From the human T2T-CHM13v2.0 reference genome, Homo sapiens: a stretch of 64,000 nucleotides of DNA. The stretch lies in the NCBI RefSeq assembly GCF_009914755.1, contig NC_060939.1; one strand, 5' to 3'. A program made the translations under genes and the position numbers. Of this stretch, positions 27,425-40,493 are shown piece by piece; positions within the stretch are counted from its first letter, which is position 1; the number at the start of each line of letters is the position of its first letter. The notes below the pieces were generated by a model. That model worked only from the letters and a program-made list of their open reading frames with translations, made no database searches and was not told where the DNA came from.

Positions 27425-27977
27425 TGTTATCTGTGCTGCTTAACAAACCTATTTGCCAACTTCAAATAACTATTTCACCAACCTCGTGGATTCTTTGGGT
27501 CAAGAATTCAGAAAGGATACAGTGGGGATGGCTTATCTCCTTTTGGTATATCTGGGACCTCAGCTGACAATGACACAAACACTGGGAGTGATGATGGCTG
27601 GGAGCAAATGTCAGCTGGAGGTTTTGTCTTTCACATGTCTGGCAGTCGATGCTTGCTGTGTGCTGGGACATCAGTTGTAGCTGTAGGCCAGAACACCTAC
27701 CTAGGACCCATTCAGGGGGATTGTACTTCCCGCTAGTATCATGGCCTCAGAATTTTCTTACATGGCAGATCAGAGCACCAAAGGCCAGTGTCTCAAAAGG
27801 ACCACTTGGGAAGAGTGTTGCCTTTGATACTTAGCCTGCAGTACAGCATCACTTCCACTGTGCTCTAGTGGGCTACCAGTCACATGCCTTCCCACATTTG
27901 AGGGGAAGGTACATGGGCCCTACCTGTCCATGGAGGAAGTGCCAAAGAATTTATGAACATGTTTTAAAACTGTCACA
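27425..27977 (-). mobile_element. MLT1 (F/G-like) MaLR LTR
   Basis: gggtcaagaattcagaaaggatacagtggggatggct ... ttttaaaactgtcaca. Confidence 0.7.
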
Positions 27978-28304
27978 AATAATGATTCCTCCCCCTGTCT
28001 CTTTCTCTCTTTCCTTTTCCCTTTCTCTCTCTCTGTCTTTATATGTATCCAGTGATATCTATCATGTATTTATGTAGTGGTATACATTCAGGGATTCTTT
28101 CTGGAACTCATTTCTTGCTCTCAAGACATACCATACGTATTTTCAGTAATTTTACATTTGGAGTAAACTCAATTCAACTTAATTGGATTCAACTAAAGCT
28201 GAAATTTACTGAGAAAAGTATTCTGTGAAAGGGTTGAGTTCAATCCATAGTAACTTTAACTGGGGATTGAAAAATAGAAGTTTTGTCCTGTAGGGCAATC
28301 TGAG

Positions 28305-28535
28305 TACAGTCGTCCTTCGGTATGTGAGGAATTTGTTCTATGTCACCTACCTCACCCCACCTTGGATGCCAAATACTTAAAATTATCTCTAGATTACTTA
28401 TGATACCTAATACAATGTAAATGCTGTGTAAATAGTTGTTATACTGTATTTTTATTGTGATATTGTGAATTTTTTTTTCTAATGTGTTCAATCTGAGGTT
28501 GGTTGAATCCCCAGATGTGGAACCTGAGGATATGA
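28305..28535. mobile_element. MER2/Tigger-type DNA transposon fragment
   Basis: tacagtcgtccttcggtat; ctagattacttatgatacctaatacaatgtaaatgct; ggttggttgaatcc. Confidence 0.8.
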
Positions 28536-29744
28536 GTGTAATGGCATGGCTTCCATTGTGAGCCACTGCAATGCATTTTTGTTTGAGTTTTGGGGTGGAG
28601 GCTAGGGAAAAATACAGTTGATCTTTGCTGTTAGAAAAGTACTGATTATACTGATTAAAAAGAAAAAGCCATCCCTCACCTGTTAGTGACTACCAATTTG
28701 ACCTAATAGTCTCTGGACAGTGAGAGTAGATTATTCAAGGTTGGGACCAGTTAATGAGTGGTTTCAGGCTTAAATTACACAAAAAATAAAAGCAGAAAAA
28801 AAAAAACTAGATTCTGGCACCGATAAATCAGATTAATTTATTCTGGTAGTCCAAGTGTATTTAAAATATCAATAAATGTAAAAAAGAAATAGTCAGGTTC
28901 CCAGGGGAGTGTTTTTCTGGAAGAACCCACTTTAGTGTCAAAATTTTACTGGTCTTCATCCAAAACATTTGAAAGCAGGGAGGGATTTTGAATCCTAGGC
29001 ATAAGGATAAGCAGTTTGCTGGAGTGAAAAATGACAGATTCTTGTTTTTACAAAGATCACCAAATAATTTGCTTCTGGGAAAACAGAATTGATCAGATAT
29101 AATATTTGTTTTCCTTGTTAATTATTTGTTAGTGTTGCTCACAAGATAGGCATCCCAATTCACCAAAGCCCCTAGTGGGATGGCTGTCATACAACAGTGT
29201 CTGTGAAGATCTTCTGTGTTTGAACCAATGCAGGAGAAAATATTATCCTCCATAAAAGGTAGCTTTGAGATTTTGAACCCAAACAGTTTACGTGCAGTAA
29301 GGTGTACAGTCTGCCACAAATACTTTATATTTGATCATCACTATCTTCTTTGTCATAAATGCTTGAAACTAATAAAATATGAAGTCAATGTTAATGAATT
29401 AGCATTTAGCATTTTATGGCTGTGGGTTACCATGCCTACCACTTAAAATAAGTCTGTGTTCCTAGCATTATATATGGATCAAGAAAAGGGAATGTTTGTG
29501 GTTTGAACTGGATAAAAATGAATGCAAAGTTGGTTAATGAGTTATTGCTTGTGAAATAAAACAGCAAAGACTACTTCTAACTATATGATAACTTTTTTGT
29601 AATGCCTTCAGAGAAACATCAGGTAATGCTATTAACAATTGCCTATTTAATGTTTACTCATATAAGGGCTGCCTTCATGTATAAATACATACATATATCC
29701 TATATTTGCACTCAAATTTAACATCAAAGAGTATGATACTGCTA

Positions 29745-30280
29745 AGGTGAACCTTTGCTGTTTGGGTTGCCCAACATTTATTCCCCTTCCTGTCAGTAAC
29801 AACAGTTCCCCTGTTGTTTGGGGATCCCTTTCTACCTCCAAGTACTCAGAGGATACTAATTCTACTGTCAGATTCAGGACTGGGTCTTGATAGGCTTCAA
29901 TCAATGAGCACAGCCTCTCCTTCTGGCCACAGTGTTAGTACAAGAATAAGCACAGATCTGGTTTGGACCCAAGACAAGTAAGATGTGACTGAAGTCTCTT
30001 TCCAGACACTTTTCTTTTTCTGAGAGCATCATCATCAGAACTCCTTTGTGATATAAAGATGCATAAAACCAGGAAGTCTACATCAGGGGCGTTAGAGCTG
30101 AGAGGGTTTCAGAGAAATAGAGCCAAGGCCTTGTGAAGAGTCTCTGGATCAAACCATTCCTAAAACCAGAAATATTCTTCCACTATGAATTTACATGAGC
30201 CAACACATTCCTATTTTAGCTTCAGTCAATTCAGACTGGGGTTTCTGTTAGTTGTGGCAATAAGAGTCCTAAGTGTGACA
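29745..30280 (+). mobile_element. Old ERVL-type LTR (LTR16/33-like)
   Basis: tgcccaacatttattccccttcc; acatgagccaacacattccctatttt; ggtttctgttagttg. Confidence 0.55.
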
Positions 30281-30724
30281 TAGACTAAAGTGTTCAGTAA
30301 AAGAAAGAGCAAAATATTTAGCTGAATTGATCACCTTATTTACATATAAATGTCCATAAGATAGAATTTGTAATATTTCAATATAATGTTACATAAGGTG
30401 GCTTTTCTTCCTCCCATCCCCCTGTCCTGGTTCCTGGTGAGAATGAAATAAGGAAATGAGTTATCGAGGGAATATTGGAACATTCTTATTTTACCTTTTG
30501 AGGAAGATTCTAGTGTTTTAAGTGATTCTAGCGAAATCAGAGGAAACTTTCTCCTTTTCAGGTTATCACCTCTGACAGTCTGACAGAGAAGGAGGCACAT
30601 TAAGAAGAATAATGAGGTCCAGCCCAGGCTTAGCAGAATAGGTGAAGCTCTATTACTATAAAAATCTAAGGTGCACAAGGTGGAGAATGATGGCTGTCAT
30701 GCTATGCCTGTGTTACATACATTA

Positions 30725-30998
30725 TTTTTAAAAACAGCTTTTTGAAGTATAATTGACATATCATAAATGGCACTTATTAAAGTATGCGATATGATAAATT
30801 TTGGCATATTTATACACATGTGCATTCATCACTGCAATCAAGATAGTGAACACATCAATCACTTCCAAATGTTTCCTTCTGCTGCTCTGTAATCTTCCCT
30901 CTTACTTGACCTTGACAGCCTCTGCCCCCTACCTGTCTCCAGGCAACCACTGATTTGCTTTCTGTCACTGTAGGTTACCTTATTTTTCTATAATTTTT
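30725..30998 (-). mobile_element. Old L1MC/MD 3' end, left part (host of the large L1)
   Basis: aacagctttttgaagtataattgacata; ccaggcaaccactgatttgctttctgtcact. Confidence 0.8.
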
Positions 30999-32746
30999 TT
31001 AATCTAAAATTTTATTTTAGATTCAGGGGTATATGTGCTTGTTTGTTACATGAGTATAACTTGTACAATGGGTGGGGGGTGGGCCTCTAGTGTACCCATC
31101 ATGCAAATATTGGACATTGTACCCAGTAGGCAATTTTCATCCCTCACGCCCCTCCCTCCTCCCTCCTCCCTCCTTTAATAGTCCGAGTGTCTATTGTTCC
31201 CATCATTTTTTTCATTTCTTTTTTTTTCTTACCCCACCAGGAGTGAAAAAAATTATGTTTCTTTTTTTTGTCCCATCTTTATGTCCATGTGTACCATTTG
31301 TTTAGCTTCCACTTGTAAGTGAGAACATGTGATATTTGATTTTGTGCTTTTGTGTCAGTTCACTGATGATAATGGCCTCTGGCTCCATCAATGTTGCTGC
31401 AAAGGCATGACTTTATTCTTTGTTATGGCTACGTAGCATTCCATGGTATATATGTACCACATTTTCCTTATCGAGTCAACTGTTGGTGGACACTTAAGTT
31501 GGTTTCATGACTTTACGATTATAAATAGTGCTGCTGTAAACATAGGTGTGCAGGTATCTTTTTTATATCATGATTTATTTTCTTTGAGTAGATACCCAGT
31601 AGTGGGATTGCTGGATCAAATGGTGGTTCTGATTTTAGTTTTTTGAAATATCATCATACTGTTTTCCATAGAGGTTAAACTAATTTACATTCCTATCAAC
31701 AATGTATGAGCATTCCCTTTTCTCTACATCCACACCTTCTCTTGTTTTTTCACTTTTTAAAAATAGCCATTCTGACTAGTGTAAGATGGTATCTCAGTGT
31801 GGTTTTAATTTGCATTTCTCTAATGATTAGTTGATGTTGAGCATTTTTTCATGTATTTCTTGGCCACTTCTATGACGTCTTTTGAGAAATGTCTGTTCAT
31901 GTCCTTTGCTCAGTTTTTAATGGGGTTACTTGTTTTTTCCTTAGGGTTGTTTGAGTTCCTTATAGGTTCTGAATATTAATCCTTTGTCAAAGGCATAATT
32001 TGTAAATATTTTCTTCCATTCTTTAGATTTTTCTATTTAGCCATTGATTATTTGTTTTGCTCCGCAGAAACTTTTTAGTTTGATTAAATCTCATTTGTCT
32101 ATTTTTGTTTTTGCTGTATTTGCTTTTGGGCTCTTCATTATAAATTCTTTGCCTAAGCCAATGTCTGGAAGGGTTTTTCCTAAGTTTTTGTCCAGAATTT
32201 TTATAGTTTCAGGTGTTACATTTAGGTCTTTAATCCATCTGGAGTTAATTTTTGTATATGGTGAAAGATAAAGGTCCAGTTTCATTCTTCTACTTATGGC
32301 TAGCCAATTTTCCTAGCATCATCTGTTGAATATGGTGTCCTTTCCCCATTGTTTATTTTTGTCAGCTTTATTGAAGATCAGTTGATTGTAGATATGTGGC
32401 TTAATATCTGGGTTGTGGCTTAATGTTTGGGTTCTCACTTCTCTTCTATTGATCTATGTGTCTGTTTTTGTACCAGTACCATTGCTATTTTACTTATGAT
32501 AGTCTTACTGTATAATTTGAAATCAGGCAATGTGATGCCGCTGGATTTGTTCTTTTTGCTTAAGAGTGCTTTGGCTATTTGGGCTTTGAAGGGTTCTATA
32601 TGAGCTTTAAAATTGTTTTTTCTAATTCCTTAAAAAAATAGTTTGGTAATTTCATAGGAATTCCATTGAATGTGTAGATTGCTTTTGGTAGTATAGTCAT
32701 TTTAATGATATTGATTCTTCCAATCCATGAGCATGGGTGTTATTTG

Positions 32747-33057
32747 TTTTTGTTTTCTTTTTTTTGAGCCAGGGTCTTGCTCTGTTGTCCAGGCTGGAGG
32801 ACAGTGGCATGATCACATCTCACTGTAGCCTCTACCTCCCAGGCTCAGGGAATCCTCCCACCTTAGCCTCCTGAGTAGTTGGGACCACAGGTGCACACCA
32901 CCATGCCTGGCTAATTTATTACTATTATTATTATTACTTGTAGAGAGGAGGCCTCACTATGTTGCCTAGGCTGGTCTCAAACTCCTGAGCTCAAGCAATC
33001 CTCCTACCTCAGCCTCTCAAAGTGCTGGGATCGCAGACATGAACCAAGGTGCCTGGA
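32747..33057 (-). mobile_element. AluJ inserted in L1 ORF2
   Basis: Dimer with a (TAT)n middle tract. Confidence 0.88.
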
Positions 33058-34798
33058 CAAGTATGGGATTTTAAAAAATTTATTTATGTCATCTACAATT
33101 TCTTTCATCCATGTTTTCTAGTTCTCCTTGTAGAGATCTTTCACCTCCTTAGTTAAATGTATTGCTAGGTATTTTATTTTTGTGTGTGGCTATTGTAAAT
33201 AGGATTGAGTTCTTCATTTGATTCTCAGATTGAACATTATTTGTATATAGAAATGCTACTGATTTTTGATGTTTATTTTGTATCCTGAGACTTCACCAAA
33301 GTTGCTCATCAAGACTAGGAATCTCTAGAGAAGTCTCTAGGGTTTTCTAGGTATATGATCATGTTATCAGTGTACAGAGATAATTTGACTTTCTCTTTTC
33401 CAATTTGAGTGTCTTATTTCTTTCTCTTGTCTGATAGCTCTGGCTAGGGCTTCTTGTAAAATGTTGAATAGGAGTGGTAAAAGTGGACATCCTTGTCTTG
33501 TTCCAGCTCTAAGAAGATATGCTTTAAATTTTTCCCCAATCAGTATGATATTGGCTGTGGGATTGTTGTAGACGGTTCTTATTATTTTGACGTATGTTCC
33601 ACCTACACCCAGTTTGTTGAGGGTTTTTATCATAAATGGATGTTGGAGTTTATTGGATGCTTTTTCTTCATGTATTGAGATGATCATAATTTTTTTTGTT
33701 CTCAGTTCTGTTTATGTGGTGGATCACATTTATTGATTTATCTATGTGTAACCCTCCTTGCATTCCTGAAATAAAGCCCACTTGATCATGGTGAATCATC
33801 TTTTAATGTGCTGTTGGATTCAGTTTGCTAGTATTTTGTTGACAAGGATTTTTGCATCTATGTTCATCATGGATATTGACCTATAGTTTTCTTTTTTTGT
33901 TGTGTCCTTGCCTGATTTTGTTATCAGAATGATACTGGATTTGTAGAATGAGTTAGGAAGAGATCTTTCCTTCTCAATTTTTTGGAATAGTGTTAGTAAG
34001 AGTGGAACTGGCTCTTCTTTGTACTTCTGGTAAAATTCAGCTATGAATCCATCCGGTCCTGGGCTTTTTTTTTTTTTTTTTTTTTTGTGAGGGGAGATTT
34101 TTAACTACTGATTCCATTTCATTACTCATTATTGGTATCGTTCAGGGTTTCTACTTCTTCCTGGTTCAATCTTAGGAGGTTGTATCTTTCCAGGAATTTA
34201 TCAGTTTCCTCTAGGTTTTGTAGTTTATGTGCATAGATGTGTCCATAGTAGTACCGGATGATCTTTTGTATTTTCTGGTATCAGTTGTGGTGTCACCCTT
34301 ACCATTTCTGATTGTACTTATTTGGATCTTCTCTCTTTTGCTTAGTCTAGCTAGCAGTCTGTCAATTCTGTTTTTCCTTTCAAAGAACCAATTTTTTCGT
34401 TTTATTGATCCATTGTATCTTTTTTTTTGGTCCCAATCTCATTTAGTTTTGCTCCAATCTTTGTTATTTCTTTTCTTCTGCTAATTTTAGGTTTGATTTT
34501 TTTCATGTTTTTCTATTAGGTTGCTAATTTGAGATTTTCCTCTCTTTTTGATGGAGGCATTTAATGTTATAAACTTTCCTCTTGACACTGCCTTTGCTAT
34601 ATCCCAGAGGTTTTGGTATTTTGTGTCTCTATTTTCATTCATTTTAAAGAATTTTTTTGTTCCTGCCTTGATTTCACTGTTTACCTAAAAGTCATTCAGG
34701 AGAAAGTTTTTTATTTTCCATATACTTGTGTAGTTTTGAGAGTTCCTCTTGGTTTTAATTTCTAATTTTATTTCTCTGTGGTCTGAGAAGATATTTAA

Positions 34799-35098
<300 letters not shown>

Positions 35099-35192
35099 AT
35101 GATTTTGATTTTTTAAAATGTATTGAGATTTGCCTTATGGCCAAGCATATGGTCAGTTTTAGAGAATGTTCCATGCACAGGTAAAAAGAATG

Positions 35193-35683
35193 TGTTGCAG
35201 GACAATCAAAGACTGGAGAGACTGAAAAAAGTTCAGGAGAGTCTATTAAGGTGATCACCGGTCCAGCCAGACATATATCCAGAAAGCCTGAGCCCTGAAC
35301 AAAGGGCTTTTCCTACTTTTAAACATCTTAAGGCAGGAACTATGTGAAGCTGGAAGTGAGTTACAGAAGCAAGAAACAAAGGCGGCGTTGCAACATTTCT
35401 TACATGTTGAGAAAGACATGATTTGCAACCTAAACTTATCAGTCTTGTGACCCTGCAGTCATGCAGGAACTCACTGGGCCTGTAATAAACTTTGAGGAAT
35501 GTGGAGTTGGGGAGTATAGATAAGGTCCACTGTCCACAGAGAGAAGACAGGCTGTTAATATTCCCTTTTAACTTGAGTGTAAGGTGGGGGGGGGGTCACA
35601 CTTTGCAGCAACTTTAAGAGGACTTTAAAATTTCTATTACTACTACTATTAAGTTATAGTTGATTTCATTAATTCCTTCTTCA
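35193..35683 (-). mobile_element. ERV1-class solo LTR (possibly LTR15) inserted in L1 ORF2
   Basis: TG...CA termini, 491 bp, 4-bp TSD aatg; removing it restores the L1 sequence aagaatgtatatt. Confidence 0.85.
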
Positions 35684-36909
35684 AATGTATATTGTGTAGT
35701 TTTGGGTAGACTGTTCTATAGATGTCTCCTAGATCCAGTTGGTCTGTAGTCCAGTTTAAGTCCAGGGTTTCTTTGTTGACTTTCTGCCTTGGTGATCTAT
35801 CTAGTGATGTCAGTGAAAGTGTTGAAGTCCCTCATTATTATTGTATTGCTATCAGTCTGTTTTTCACTGGTCTGGTAGTATTTATTTCATGAATCTTGGT
35901 GCTCCATTGTTGGGTGCATCCATATTTAGGATAGTAAATATTTCTTCTTTGTCTTTTTTACTGTTGTTGGTTTAAAGTCATTTTATCTGATATGAGAATG
36001 GCTATTCCTGCTTGCTTTTCTTTTCTATTTGCATGATGTATCTTTTTCCACCCTTTTACTTCTGAGTCTAAATGTGTCTTTAGTCAGTAGGTTGGTCTCT
36101 TGTAGGGAGCAGATGGCTGGGTCTTATTTTTTAATCAAAATTTGCCACTGTGTATCTTTTAAGTGGGAGCATTTAGGTCATTTGTATTTAAGGTTATTAT
36201 TGATATGTGAGGTTTTGTTCCTGACATAGTGTTGTTAGCTGGTTGCTTTGGAGTTTCTATTGTGTAGTTGTTTTATAGGATCTTTGAGCTTTGCACTTAT
36301 GTTTCCTTTTCTGATGGTGAGTATCATCCTTTCATTTCCATGTTGAGAACTTCTTTGAGCATTTCTTGTAGGGCCAGTCTAGTGGTGACAAATTCTCTTA
36401 GCAATTGCTTATCTAGAAAAGATTTTATTTCTTCTTCATTTATGAAGTTTAAGTTGTCAGGATATAAAATTCTTGGTTGGTATTTTTTTTTTTCTTTAAG
36501 GAGGCTAAAAATAGGCCCCAGTTTTTTTCTGGCTTGCAGGGTTACTGCTGAGAAGTCTGTCTACTAGTCTATCTGTTAGTCTAACAGGTTTTCCTTTGCA
36601 GGTGATTTGACCTTTTTCTATAGCTGCCTTTAAGATTCTTTTCTTTAGTGTTGACCTTGGATAGTTCGGTGACTGTATGCCTTGGTGATACTTGTTTTGC
36701 ACAGTATCTTGCAGGTGTTTTCTGGATTTCTTGTATTTGGATGTCTACCTCTTTAGCAAGATTAGGGAAATTTTCCTGAATTATTCCCTCAAATATGTTT
36801 TTTGAGTTGTTTACTTTTTCTCCTTCTCTCTCAGGAATAGTAATAATTCACAGGTTTGGTCACTTTACATAAACCCATATTTCCTAAGGCTTTTTTCATT
36901 TTTAAAAAT

Positions 36910-37082
36910 CTTTTTCTTTTCTTTTCTCTGTCTTTTTTGAAGCGAGGTCCTCCAGTGTCATCCAGGCTGTAGTGCAGTAGTCACTGCAGCCTCAACCTCC
37001 CAGGTTCAAGCAATCCTCCAACCTCAGCCCCCCAAGTAGCTGAGACCACAGGTGTGCACCACCATGCCTGGCTAATTTTTAA
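36910..37082 (-). mobile_element. Partial AluJ/FRAM in L1 ORF1
   Basis: tcactgcagcctcaacctcccaggttcaagcaatcc. Confidence 0.8.
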
Positions 37083-40031
37083 TTTCTTTTTTCTTTACTT
37101 TTGTCTAACTAGGTTTGTTCAAAAGACTGGTCTCTGAGCTCTGAAATTGTTTTATTTGCCTGGTCTAGTCTATTGAGAAGGCTTTCAATTGTATTTTGAA
37201 ATTCCTCAAGTGAATTTTTCAATTCCAGAAGTTTCTGATTGATTTTTTAAAGATGTTTTTTAAAATCTCTGCCTTCATTTCCTAGATTGCTTTTGTAGTT
37301 TCTTTGTGTTGATTTTCGACCTTGTCTTGGATCTTGTTGAGCTTCCTTGCAATTCATACTTTGAATTGAATTATAAAATATGAATTAATGCTTCCTTTGA
37401 ATCCATTCTTTATCTGTCATTTCTGAATTTCCATTTTGGTTAGGAGGCGTTGCTGGAGAGCTAGTGTGATCCTTTGATGCTGTTGCAACATTCAGATTTC
37501 TCATGGTGCCAGAATTTTTATGCTTGTTTTTTGTCATCTGGAGAGGCTGCCACTTCTAATTTTTGAAATCATTTTCATTCAGATAGAATGTTTTTCTTCC
37601 CTTTCTCCAGCCTCTCTAGGGAGTGTGACTGTAGAGTATGTTGGATAGGGTCTTTGGGCTTTGATTTCTATACCCGCTCTGCACTTCTGTTGGCAGGTTT
37701 TATATTGAGCTATGCAGTTCCATCTACAGGCCAGTAGATGGCGCTGATGGGTAAGAGTCAGCTGTGGCACGAGCAGATGGGTATGTAACTGATCTTTGTT
37801 TACTGTGAGGTGTTCTGTGTTGTTTCAGGTGATAGGCTGGACAGTGGAGTGCCAGATATCCTGAACTTCCTGTTCTGCAATAGGGGTGGTGGGGGAAGGG
37901 GTGGAGACAGCTGGGCAGAGCCGGACCTCCTGGCTTGCCTACAAATTCCCCAGTGGCAAACACAGGGACCAGCCCTGATGAGGGCGGCTGGCAGGAGCTC
38001 CTGGTGAAATGTGCTGAGGTCTCTGCAGGTGGTGAGGGGGCTGCACCGGCTCCACATCCTAGAAGGACAGGAATATGATCTGTTTCCCTATCATAACCCC
38101 GTCTTTGGGCTCATGACTTCCTGTTTGTATGCACACTAAAGTCTATCTCTGGACCACAGTGCGGTTGAGAGCCATGGGAAAACCCTTTCTGCAACTCTCC
38201 ATGGGTGTTGCTTCAGGGCATTAACTTCTCACTCAGCCTGTCACAGATAGCTTTATGGCTCACTTGTTTTCCAGTGTGGTAATGTTGCTGCTTTGTGTAG
38301 AGGTAGGGGCTCCACCTTTGGGCCCGTGCAGGAGGGTGTTGGTTGTGGTGGTATTGGCTGATTGTGTCAAACCAATCTGATGCCCTGGTGAGCTGATCAG
38401 GTGCCCACTGTGTTGAAATGGGCTAGGTAGTTCCCCAGTTCCCAGGCCCCTAGATGGCCCACTGGATAGTGTGTGTGAATGTATGAGTTCTGGTGGGGCT
38501 GGACAAGGGTTGGGTTAGCCCAGAGTTCAGGTGCTGGCTGTGATGGGGAGGGGTGAACTGGTCCCCGGGTCACTTGCAAAACTCTCAGGTGAGGGCAGGC
38601 TCCCACCCAGGCAGTGGGAGCCCAAGGGAAGATCACAGGTCTCTGGGGATTGTGTTCTCAGGAGAGCTCTGGGCCGCAGCTGAAATGTTCAGGTGGAGAC
38701 AGAGCAGCTGGGGAGGGCCGGACCCCTCAGCTGGAGCAATGGAGACTGGCAGCTGTGGGGTGTGTGACACACTCACACTTCCCTTCTATATAAGTAACAT
38801 TGGAGTTCACTATTGGGGGCACACAAGGGTGCCAATATTTCTCTTGTGTTGACCTGAGAGTGGTAGTGGCAGAGGCTGTGGTAGTGGCAACTGCCAGAAG
38901 CTTGTGGCTGGCCTCAGAAAATTGGGCTTGCAGAGGAACTGAGCTACAGCCAGATGTCCAGGCAGGGGCAAGAAGACTGCACTGGGGGCTGGAAGACAGT
39001 GAGCCTCATTTGATGGGAAGCAGCTGAGGTGGGGAGTCATGGGGAGTGCAGTCTACTTGCTGTTCATTTGTATCTCAGCTGTGGCACATGAAAGTGCCCT
39101 AGCTCCTCATTCCCTCTTAGCCTGGGGGCAGCAGAGGGGAAGGGAGTGGCAGCCATGACTGAAAAGGGTCTGTCAGCTACCTCTGGGAGTTATGCACTCA
39201 GATGAGCACAGAGCTGCGACAGCTGAGTGAGTCCAGGGAGGGGCTGTGTGTGTGTACTGGGGGCTGGCAGGTAGCAAGCCCCGTTTGGCAGGGAGCAGCA
39301 GAGATGAAGAGTTGCGGGGTGTGCAGTGTGCCCACTGTTCCTCCATATCTCAGCTGTTATGTTCATGCTGGAGACACACAGAAGTACCCAGACTCCTCGG
39401 CCTCTCTTTGCCTGGGGGTAGCAGGGGCAGAGGCAGCGACAATGGCCGTACAAAGGGCTTGTTAGCTATATCTGGGAGTTTTGCACCCAGAGGAATGCAG
39501 AGCTCTGACTGCAGTATTCCGGCAGGGGCAGGGTGGCTGTGCAGGTGGCCCAAGCCAGCAAGCCCCGACTGGCAGGGAGCAGTGGAATTGGGGGTAATGT
39601 AATATGCAGTCTGGCCACTCCTCAGTTTTGCAGCTTTGGCTTCTATCCCAGGGGTGTGCAAAAGAACCTTGTTTCCTTTATTAGTGGGGTAATGGTAGCT
39701 GGCACTGGGCTGCCCAGGGATCAAATGCCTGTGAGGTTCCATGTGAGCTGGGGTAGTATCTCTGCACAGACTCCAGGAAGCTCTCTGTGTTGGTCTAGAG
39801 GCCTGGGGTAGTCAAGGACAGTCTCTTGTGCCCAGGATTGTAAAGGCCCATGGCAGAAGTGTGGATCTCCTGGAGACCCTCACTCACTTATCCTTTCCCC
39901 AGGCTAGGGAGCTTCCTCCAGGTTCCTGCCAGTCCTGTGTGGGCAGTTGCCTGGCTTCAGTCCTTTCTGCCCTCCATGGGTCTGGTCCCTTCCTTAGTGA
40001 ATCCCAGAGTGATTTCTTAGATGATGATGCA

Positions 40032-40392
40032 TGATATAGTTGGGCCCTGTGTCCCCACCCAAATCTCGTCTTGAATTGTAATTCCTACATGTTAAGGGAG
40101 GGACTTGGTGGGAGGTGACTGGAACATGGGGGCGGTTTCCCCCATGCTGTTCTCATGACAGTGAGAGTGTTCTCACGAGATCTGATGGTTTAAAAGTGGT
40201 AGTTTCCCCTGCGCACTCTTTCCTGCCACTTTGTGAAAAAGTACTTGCTTCTCCTTCACCTTCCACCGTAATTGTAAGTTTCCTGAGGCTTCTCCAGCCA
40301 TGCAGAACTGTGAGTCAATTAAACCTCTTTCCTTTATAAATTACCCAGTCTCAGGTAGTATCCTTATAGCAGTGTGAGAATGGATTAATACA
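40032..40392 (+). mobile_element. THE1D-like MaLR solo LTR inside the L1 5'UTR
   Basis: tgatatagttggg..gtgtccccacccaaatctc ... ggattaataca; perfect 5-bp TSD atgca. Confidence 0.9.
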
Positions 40393-40493
40393 ATGCAGTT
40401 GAAGAGTCAGTATTTATTTGCTACTTTGTTTCTTTCCTGTGAGACAGGCATGAACTAGCTGCTTCTAGTCAGACATCTTGAATCAGACCCCCC

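Noticed and set aside
37579-40034. Dense cluster of overlapping ORFs suggesting a gene or operon
   Set aside because: It lies in the GC-richer L1 5'UTR, where stop codons are rarer. There is no splice structure or recognisable protein.
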